A DNA stretch of 4,766 bases from a virus (lineage: Duplodnaviria > Heunggongvirae > Uroviricota > Caudoviricetes), in IMG/VR virus record IMGVR_UViG_3300026367_000039, positions 1 through 4,766 of that record, one strand, 5' to 3'. Below the pieces are notes generated by a model. It did no database searches. It was not told the origin of the DNA and saw only the letters and a list, made by a program, of their open reading frames with translations. Made by a program: the position numbers and the translations under genes. Each line of letters opens with the position of its first letter. The stretch's first letter is position 1. Below are positions 1 through 4,766 of this stretch, piece by piece.

Positions 1-24
1 CAATTTGGTGCGATCATAAAGCCA

Positions 25-53
25 TGAAATTACTCAGAATTGCCTACGATAAT
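25..53 (+). promoter_or_regulatory. candidate promoter for the plus-strand gene pair (weak)
   Basis: Lower-GC leader with a GATAAT -10-like hexamer at 48-53 and a poor -35 (TGAAAT, 25-30) at 17-nt spacing. Speculative. Confidence 0.12.
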
Positions 54-113
54 CAGTGCGCTGGAGCGAATGACATCACACCCAAACGATGCAACTCACC
101 ACGGAGCCACCAC

Positions 114-515
114 ATGACCACGCACGCCATCCTGCCCAGCCGCAACGAGGACCACGGGTTCTTCGGCACCCTGACCGTCTGCCCCCAGCGCGACCGCCGT
201 AGCGCGGAGGTCTGGACGCTCGCATCGACCCTGATTGCCAAAGCCATCCACGCGAACAGCGAGGACGACATGATCGGGATCCGCGACTTCCTCGACAGCT
301 GCATGGGCCGTCAATTCGCCGATGATGTGGTCAGCAACCTGATGGGTTGCAGCCTCGAGCTCGAGACCGCCATCACCTCCGCGATCCGCCGCTGGCAGGA
401 CTGGCGCATCAGCCGCCAGACCCAACGCGACGAGGGCATCCCAGCAGGCCTGCCTTACTTGACCGGCTGGGTGCAGCACTTCGCTGTCGCCGCCGCGATG
501 GCCGAGAGCGAGTGA
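114..515 (+). CDS. hypothetical protein (133 aa from ATG 114; longest ORF begins at 24)
   Basis: Open frame with strong GC3 codon bias through to TGA at 513-515. ATG at 114 is preceded by GGAG (103-106) at 7-nt spacing, whereas the ATG at 24 lies in lower-GC sequence with no Shine-Dalgarno. No family recognised by eye. Confidence 0.5.
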   Translation: MTTHAILPSRNEDHGFFGTLTVCPQRDRRSAEVWTLASTLIAKAIHANSEDDMIGIRDFLDSCMGRQFADDVVSNLMGCSLELETAITSAIRRWQDWRISRQTQRDEGIPAGLPYLTGWVQHFAVAAAMAESE

Positions 516-551
516 TCATCCCCGACATCCCCATCACGACAGGAGGCACCA

Positions 552-1133
552 ATGCCCAAACTCACCGACACCCAGACCATCGTGCTCAGCCGCGCCGCAA
601 CGCGTCCGGGCAATCTTGCGATGCCGCTGCCAGATGGCCTGCACGGCGCCGCCGCCCAGAAGGCCGTGAGCGCGATGATCACGCGCGGCTGGCTGGAAGA
701 GGTCGAAGCCGACCTTCGGCGCGGCGAGCCGCTCTGGCGCGAGACTGGCGATGGTCACGGCACCACGCTGATCGCCACCGAAGCCGGGCTTGCCGCGATC
801 GGGATCGAGCCGGTGGTGGCGACCACGATGAGCAATCTGCGCAAGGCGAAGCTGGAACTGGCCCCGGAGTTGAAAGATGCGTCCGCAGCGCAGACTGATC
901 CTGCCACGCCCAAGCCCGTCGTCCTCCGCGCGGGCACCAAGCAGGCGCAGATCATCGCATTATTGCAGCGCCCCGAGGGCGCATCGATCGGTGAGATCGT
1001 CGCAGCGACCGGTTGGATGGCCCATAGCGCCCGTGGCCTGATCTCGGGCGGCTTGAAAAAGAAGCTGGGACTGCCGATCACTGCCGAGAAAGTCGATCAG
1101 CGCGGCACCGTGTACAAACTGGTTACGGCCTGA
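552..1133 (+). CDS. DUF3489-family protein (putative winged-helix-like DNA-binding protein typical of alphaproteobacterial mobile elements)
   Basis: ATG 552 preceded by a perfect AGGAGG (541-546) at 5-nt spacing. The C-terminal segment TKQAQIIALLQRPEGASIGEIVAATGWMAHSARGLISGGLKKKLGLPI matches my recollection of the DUF3489 signature (LL.R..GAT..EI..ATGW..HS.RG..SG...KK.GL). Strong GC3 bias. Confidence 0.8.
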   Translation: MPKLTDTQTIVLSRAATRPGNLAMPLPDGLHGAAAQKAVSAMITRGWLEEVEADLRRGEPLWRETGDGHGTTLIATEAGLAAIGIEPVVATTMSNLRKAKLELAPELKDASAAQTDPATPKPVVLRAGTKQAQIIALLQRPEGASIGEIVAATGWMAHSARGLISGGLKKKLGLPITAEKVDQRGTVYKLVTA

Positions 1134-1142
1134 TCCCAGCCA

Positions 1143-1355
1143 TTACCGCCAGCGCGCGAACAGTCTGCGCAGCGCGTAGCTGCGCAGCAGGGATATGCCG
1201 ACGAAAACTGCGCCCAGCGCAAGATTGTCACCAAGGCTCGGATGCAGACCGAACCACGGGAACACCACGATCTGCGTGGCGACGGCCAGCACATAGCCCA
1301 GCGCGACATTGCTCGCGGCCTCGATCAGAGACATGCGGCGCGACTGGGCAGTCAT
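1143..1355 (-). CDS. small (70 aa) predicted two-helix membrane protein, translationally coupled to the upstream methyltransferase
   Basis: Start ATG (1355..1353) overlaps the TGA stop of the upstream gene (1354..1352) as ATGA. A strong AGGAGG (reverse complement of 1364-1369) sits 8 nt upstream. Two hydrophobic stretches (ALGYVLAVATQIVVFPWFGL and LALGAVFVGISLL) and a basic C-terminus (RRLFARWR). High GC3. Confidence 0.55.
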   Translation of the reverse strand: MTAQSRRMSLIEAASNVALGYVLAVATQIVVFPWFGLHPSLGDNLALGAVFVGISLLRSYALRRLFARWR

Positions 1356-2725
1356 GCGCGTTTCCTCCTGCGACGCGCCGGGCTCTTGGCCTCAGTTGGT
1401 TCCGCGACACGGTTGGCTGTCCGTCCCGTCGCCAGTTCCCAGCGCCGCACGGCGACGTCGCAGTAAGCGGGGTCCAGTTCCATCGCAAAACACCTCCGCC
1501 CAGCACGTTCGGCGGCCACCAGCTGGGTGCCAGAGCCGCAGAACGGCTCGTAGATCAGGTCGCCCGGATCGGTGAACGCCGTCAGCACTGCTTCAACCAG
1601 CGCCACCGGAAACACTGCGGGATGCGATCCGGCCGCGCCCAGCCCGCCCTTGTGACGCATGATGCGGAACACGCTGTCTGGGATGCGATGACTCTGGATC
1701 GCATTGCCGAAGCCCGTCTTGCGATGGACCGCGCCATCCGCCCCGCGCAAACCCCCACCGCCGAGGATCTCGCCCGCGTGCTTGCTCTCGACCGTCTTGT
1801 GCGGTTTGCGGGGCGCGCGGTTGAAGTGGAAAATGAACTCGTGCGACGGGGCCAGTCGGCCGTTCCAATCGCCCGGCAGGCCGGGCCCCTGATCCCAGAC
1901 ATACCAGCCAAACCGTCGCCAGCCAGATGCGCGCATCCATTCCACCCATCCTTCCCAATAGGGCTGCCATTCGCTGTCGCGATGCACGAGGCCAAGGTTG
2001 ACCAGCAGCTGGGCATCGGCGCAGACCGGTGCGGCAGCGAACACGCCCTGCACCAGCGCATCCCAATCGCCGACCTTTTCCTTGGCCGCGCCGTAGTCGC
2101 GTTGCTGGGCGTAGGGCGGCGAGGTGAACATCAGCGTCGCCGCCTCATTCTGCATCAGCTTGGCGACGGCGGCGGGATCGGTCGCATCGCCACAGCAGAG
2201 CCGGTGCTTGCCCAGCGCCCAGATGTCGCCCGGACGCGTGATAGGTTCAGCGGGCGGTTCGGGGATGGCGTCGGCCGCATCGTCGGAAATCACCGGGCGG
2301 TCGTCGGCGTCTGCCAACAGCGCGTCCAGTTCATCCTCGGGGATCCCGATCAGCCCGAGGTCGAAATCCTCTGCCAGCAGCGCCTGCAATTCCTGCAACA
2401 GCAGCGCTTCGTCCCAGCCGCCCAGCTCGGTTAACTTATTGTCAGCGATGCGATAAGCCCGGCGCTGCGCCTCGGTCAGATGGCCAAGAATGATGACGGG
2501 GGCCTCGGTCAGCCCAAGGTGTGCAGCTGCCAGGACGCGACCGTGGCCTGCGATCAACTCGCCATCAGCCGCGACCAGCACCGGCACGGTCCAACCGAAC
2601 TCGGCCATGCTGGCGGCGATCTTCGCGACCTGATTTGCATCGTGGGTCTTGGCGTTGCGGGCGTAAGGCTTCAGACGGGCAAGGGGCCAGTGCTCGATCC
2701 GGCCCGGCAGGATGGGTGCGTTCAT
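1352..2725 (-). CDS. ParB-like N-terminal domain fused to a beta-class DNA methyltransferase, SPPY variant (possibly N4-cytosine); 457 aa
   Basis: N-terminus MNAPILPGRIEHWPLARLKPYARNAK...DGELIAGHGRVLAAA carries the ParB/Srx-fold G-H-x-R motif. Motif IV is TSPPY, followed by HPAVFP and then the AdoMet motif I EPFCGSGTQ, i.e. beta-class order IV before I. Start placed at ATG 2725 (not the longest-ORF ATG at 2860) because the paralog alignment begins there and it forms an ATGA overlap with the upstream gene's stop. Confidence 0.85.
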   Translation of the reverse strand: MNAPILPGRIEHWPLARLKPYARNAKTHDANQVAKIAASMAEFGWTVPVLVAADGELIAGHGRVLAAAHLGLTEAPVIILGHLTEAQRRAYRIADNKLTELGGWDEALLLQELQALLAEDFDLGLIGIPEDELDALLADADDRPVISDDAADAIPEPPAEPITRPGDIWALGKHRLCCGDATDPAAVAKLMQNEAATLMFTSPPYAQQRDYGAAKEKVGDWDALVQGVFAAAPVCADAQLLVNLGLVHRDSEWQPYWEGWVEWMRASGWRRFGWYVWDQGPGLPGDWNGRLAPSHEFIFHFNRAPRKPHKTVESKHAGEILGGGGLRGADGAVHRKTGFGNAIQSHRIPDSVFRIMRHKGGLGAAGSHPAVFPVALVEAVLTAFTDPGDLIYEPFCGSGTQLVAAERAGRRCFAMELDPAYCDVAVRRWELATGRTANRVAEPTEAKSPARRRRKRA

Positions 2726-3981
2726 GCCGCCAGCCTCTTCGCCTTCAGGTCGGCAAAAGTCTCGCCAGTCTCGACCAGCGCGGCATTGGCGCCGGTGAAC
2801 TGCTGCCAGCGCTCGATGGCGACATCGACGTAAGCCGGGTTCAATTCGATGCCGAAGCACACGCGCCCGGTGGTTTCCGCCGCGATCAGCGTTGTGCCGG
2901 ACCCCATGAAAGGTTCAAACACCGCCTGACCGGGGCTGGAGTTGTTCAGGATCGGCCGGCGCATGCATTCGACCGGCTTTTGCGTGCCGTGCACGGTGGC
3001 AGCGTCCTGATCCTTGCCGGAGATGTGCCACAGCGTGGTCTGTTTCCGGTCCCCGGCCCAGTGGCCCTTGCCGGTCTTCTTCACCGCGTACCAGCAGGGT
3101 TCATGCTGCCAGTGATAGTCGCCCCGGCTGAGAACCAGCCGGTCCTTTGCCCAGATGATCTGCGAGCGCACGTTGAAGCCTGCCGCCACCAGGCTTTCCG
3201 CGACGGTCGCCGCGTGCAGCGCGCCATGCCAGACGTAAGCCACGTCGCCTGGGAACAGCGCCCAAGCCTCGCGCCAATCCGCGCGGTCATCGTTCAGCAC
3301 CTTGCCTATGCGCTTGGTTTTGGCGGCCCCCGCCTGGTTGCGCCAGGATGGGTCATATTCCACGCCATAGGGCGGGTCCGTCACCATCAGCAGAGGGCGA
3401 ATATCGCCCAGCAATCGCCCGACCACATCCGCAGACGTGCTGTCGCCGCAGATCAGCCGGTGCGATCCCAGCTGCCAAAGGTCGCCCACAACCGACACCG
3501 GCGTGACCGGCGGTTCGGGAATGTCATCCTCTCCGTCGGCAGCGCCACCTTCCAACTGGTCCGGGTCGCGCAGCAATGCATCCAGATCCTCGTCGGTGAT
3601 GCCCAGCAGCGACAGGTCGAAATCGTCGGCGAGCAGTCCCGCGATCTCATCGCGCAGCATCGCCTCGTCCCACTCGCCCAGCTCGGTCAATTTGTTGTCC
3701 GCGATCCGGTAGGCGCGGCGCTCTGCCTCGTCGAGATGGCTGAGCCGGATCACCGGCACATCCTTCAGCCCCAGCATGGCGGCCGCCAGCACACGGCCAT
3801 GCCCCGCGATCAGCTCGCCATCGTCGGCCACCATGCAGGGCACTGTCCAGCCGAACTTTGCCATGCTTGCTGCGATCTTGGCAACCTGGTCGGTGCCGTG
3901 GATCTTGGCGTTGCGGGCATAGGGGCGCAGCCGGTCAATCGGCCACGTCTCGATCTGGCTCGGTGCAAAGACCAGGTCCAT
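2722..3981 (-). CDS. ParB-like N-terminal domain fused to a beta-class N6-adenine DNA methyltransferase (CcrM/HinfI-like motifs); 419 aa
   Basis: N-terminus MDLVFAPSQIETWPIDRLRPYARNAK...DGELIAGHGRVLAAA (ParB-like). Motif IV VTDPPYG, then HGTQKP and FEPFMGSGTT, matching the CcrM-type DPPY / TQKP / FxGxGTT pattern in beta-class order. Strong GC3 bias; TGA stop at 2724..2722. Confidence 0.9.
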   Translation of the reverse strand: MDLVFAPSQIETWPIDRLRPYARNAKIHGTDQVAKIAASMAKFGWTVPCMVADDGELIAGHGRVLAAAMLGLKDVPVIRLSHLDEAERRAYRIADNKLTELGEWDEAMLRDEIAGLLADDFDLSLLGITDEDLDALLRDPDQLEGGAADGEDDIPEPPVTPVSVVGDLWQLGSHRLICGDSTSADVVGRLLGDIRPLLMVTDPPYGVEYDPSWRNQAGAAKTKRIGKVLNDDRADWREAWALFPGDVAYVWHGALHAATVAESLVAAGFNVRSQIIWAKDRLVLSRGDYHWQHEPCWYAVKKTGKGHWAGDRKQTTLWHISGKDQDAATVHGTQKPVECMRRPILNNSSPGQAVFEPFMGSGTTLIAAETTGRVCFGIELNPAYVDVAIERWQQFTGANAALVETGETFADLKAKRLAA

Positions 3982-4105
3982 GGGCGGTTCTCATTTGGGC
4001 AGAGCGGGCATGCCAACGGGCGCGGGCAATATGGCCAGCGACAGGATCGGGATCCGCGATGTGGGGGAAAACGAAAGCGCCCGAGAGGGGTGTCATCCGG
4101 GCGCA

Positions 4106-4133
4106 ATTCTTCGATGATTAAGAGGTACGTCAA
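4106..4133 (-). promoter_or_regulatory. candidate sigma70-like promoter for the methyltransferase operon (weak)
   Basis: On the minus strand, TTGACG (reverse complement of 4128-4133), a 16-nt spacer, then AAGAAT (reverse complement of 4106-4111), about 120 nt upstream of ATG 3981. The -10 match is only 4/6, so this is a by-eye guess. Confidence 0.15.
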
Positions 4134-4220
4134 GGGGGCTAGAAATGTCAACCCATTTTATGACGTGGAATCAACGCGTTCTGCGGGTTCGGGGTTTGCG
4201 GGGAAAAGCCGGTGTCGCGA

Positions 4221-4270
4221 GTGGCTTTCCGGGGTGGCTTTCTGGCCAGCGTGGCTACCAAAAAGTGGCT
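4221..4270. repeat. array of four direct GTGGCT(T) repeats (iteron-like or operator-like)
   Basis: GTGGCT at 4221, 4234, 4251 and 4265 (GTGGCTTTCC, GTGGCTTTCT, GTGGCTACCA, GTGGCTTGCC), spaced 13, 17 and 14 bp. About 0.01 occurrences of one oriented hexamer are expected by chance in 50 bp. Confidence 0.6.
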
Positions 4271-4274
4271 TGCC

Positions 4275-4295
4275 TGGATTCCACCGAGGAATCCA
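4275..4295. repeat. perfect 8-bp inverted repeat TGGATTCC-N5-GGAATCCA (candidate dimeric protein-binding site)
   Basis: TGGATTCC (4275-4282) and GGAATCCA (4288-4295) are exact reverse complements around the spacer ACCGA. Each arm contains a GANTC site. It lies immediately after the GTGGCT array. Confidence 0.6.
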
Positions 4296-4351
4296 CTTAG
4301 CCAGAAGGGTGAGACCCTAAGCATTTGATAATGAGTCAAAATTCAGGGTCG

Positions 4352-4397
4352 AGCCACTGGCTTGGCTTCGAAGTGGATTCCCCGGTGAAAAAGCCAC
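4352..4397. repeat. two opposite-orientation copies of the GTGGCT motif flanking TGGCTT repeats and a third TGGATTCC
   Basis: AGCCAC (reverse complement of GTGGCT) at 4352-4357 and 4392-4397; TGGCTT at 4358-4363 and 4363-4368; TGGATTCC again at 4374-4381. Confidence 0.5.
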
Positions 4398-4421
4398 GCG
4401 CTAGCGAAATGCCGCGCTAAG

Positions 4422-4468
4422 CCCCCCCGTATACGGATAGGGCCGGGGAGGAACCATGCTGGGGGGGG
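4422..4468. other. C7 homopolymer, 10-bp perfect palindrome CCGTATACGG, and G8 homopolymer
   Basis: C-tract 4422-4428, palindrome 4427-4436, G-tract 4461-4468. The C and G tracts are complementary and could pair, or could act as slipped-strand tracts. Confidence 0.5.
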
Positions 4469-4486
4469 TCGTGTCGGTTCCGGCCC
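4440..4486. other. GC-rich imperfect hairpin (about 11 bp of stem, 20-nt loop)
   Basis: GGGCCG (4440-4445) pairs with CGGCCC (4481-4486) and GAACC (4451-4455) pairs with GGTTC (4476-4480). No downstream T-tract, so it is not a typical intrinsic terminator. Confidence 0.35.
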
Positions 4487-4535
4487 ATTGCTGCCTTTCG
4501 CCCACCCTCGGTTATGCTGCACTGCGGTCCGCCAT

Positions 4536-4613
4536 TGCGGACTTTCGCTGCAACTGCGAAATATGATGTATAGCGAATTCACAGAGTGCGGACAAAGTTA
4601 GCATTCGCTGCAA
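4536..4613. repeat. two-copy direct repeat module TGCGGAC ... TTCGCTGCAA
   Basis: TGCGGAC at 4536-4542 and 4587-4593; TTCGCTGCAA at 4544-4553 and 4604-4613. The first copy is embedded in the small inverted repeat TTCGC-N7-GCGAA (4544-4560). Confidence 0.5.
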
Positions 4614-4766
4614 GTGCCCCATTGGCTGCTTCGTTGGCGCGAGGGTTCAGTTCTCTGTTACTGTCAAAATCCAGTCTGTAATTTGATCAAGCGAGTGTTT
4701 GGCAAATGCTTTTCGTCCCATCCCCAAATAGATATATTGCAGGTACCAAGGCCATTGAGATGTGAG

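Noticed and set aside
347-898. 183-aa plus-strand ORF overlapping the hypothetical and DUF3489 genes (also the minus-strand ORFs 53..304, 96..479, 455..682, 534..758, 755..1081)
   Set aside because: Out-of-frame or antisense overlaps with better-supported genes. Their translations are Arg/Pro-rich and lack any Shine-Dalgarno or motif evidence.
552-1133. Possible internal duplication within the DUF3489 protein (N-terminal half resembling the C-terminal domain)
   Set aside because: The by-eye similarity (TQTIVLSRA vs QAQIIALLQR) is too weak to assert without a profile-profile comparison.
1097-1575. Alternative ORFs around the small membrane gene (1097..1309 -, 1228..1506 -, 1242..1466 +, 1309..1575 +)
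   Set aside because: They overlap the 1143..1355 gene or the methyltransferase 3' end in other frames. Only the 1143..1355 frame has a strong Shine-Dalgarno, an ATGA coupling start and a coherent hydrophobic helical pattern.
1622-2434. 270-aa ORF on the plus strand (also 1704..1892, 2124..2456, 2480..2833)
   Set aside because: All are antisense shadow ORFs inside the downstream methyltransferase gene, with no motif support and compositionally biased translations.
2726-2860. N-terminal extension of the downstream methyltransferase to the longest-ORF start at 2860 (502 aa)
   Set aside because: The extension overlaps the 3' end of the upstream gene in another frame and is Arg/Cys-rich with no counterpart in the paralog. 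The paralog alignment begins at the ATG at 2725, which also forms the ATGA overlap.
2521-4320. 599-aa ORF on the plus strand
   Set aside because: It runs antisense to both methyltransferase genes and into the intergenic repeats. The product is Arg/Pro/Ala/Gly-rich low-complexity sequence with no recognisable motifs, typical of a high-GC shadow ORF, while the minus-strand frames carry clear methyltransferase and ParB motifs.
4440-4486. GC-rich stem-loop considered as a tRNA or an intrinsic terminator
   Set aside because: No cloverleaf arrangement or anticodon-loop features, and no 3' T-tract. It is also upstream rather than downstream of the operon.
4148-4582. Small minus-strand ORFs 4148..4339 (63 aa) and 4343..4582 (79 aa), and plus-strand 3858..4121 (87 aa)
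   Set aside because: They lie across the repeat arrays, homopolymer tracts and hairpin, have no ribosome-binding site and show no consistent codon bias. More parsimoniously non-coding, although a small regulatory peptide cannot be fully excluded.
1-4766. CRISPR array or insertion-sequence element
   Set aside because: No regularly spaced repeats of 25-40 bp with unique spacers, no transposase-like ORF and no terminal inverted repeats bracketing a gene. The repeats seen are short binding-site-like motifs.

Overview
High-GC (alphaproteobacteria-like codon usage, strong GC3 bias) accessory-type region with two convergent gene blocks and a long repeat-rich non-coding region. Plus strand: a hypothetical ORF (114..515) followed by a DUF3489-family gene (552..1133). 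Minus strand: a three-gene, translationally coupled operon (3981 -> 1143) made of two tandem paralogous ParB-like-N-domain::beta-class DNA methyltransferase fusions and a 70-aa two-helix membrane protein; both gene junctions are ATGA stop/start overlaps. The two methyltransferases share a well-conserved ParB-like N-module (about 70% identical by hand alignment) but differ in catalytic motif IV (DPPY vs SPPY) and in the variable region between motif IV and the downstream conserved motifs, so they probably have different specificities. The remaining ~785 bp (3982..4766) has no convincing ORF and is packed with short repeats: four direct GTGGCT repeats, an 8-bp perfect inverted repeat, five GANTC sites, C7/G8 homopolymer tracts, a GC-rich hairpin, a TGCGGAC/TTCGCTGCAA repeat pair, and an AT-richer tail. 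I read the whole as a mobile-element (plasmid/ICE/prophage) anti-restriction or modification module next to a candidate origin or operator region. All calls rest on reading the sequence and recalled family signatures; no database search was run.
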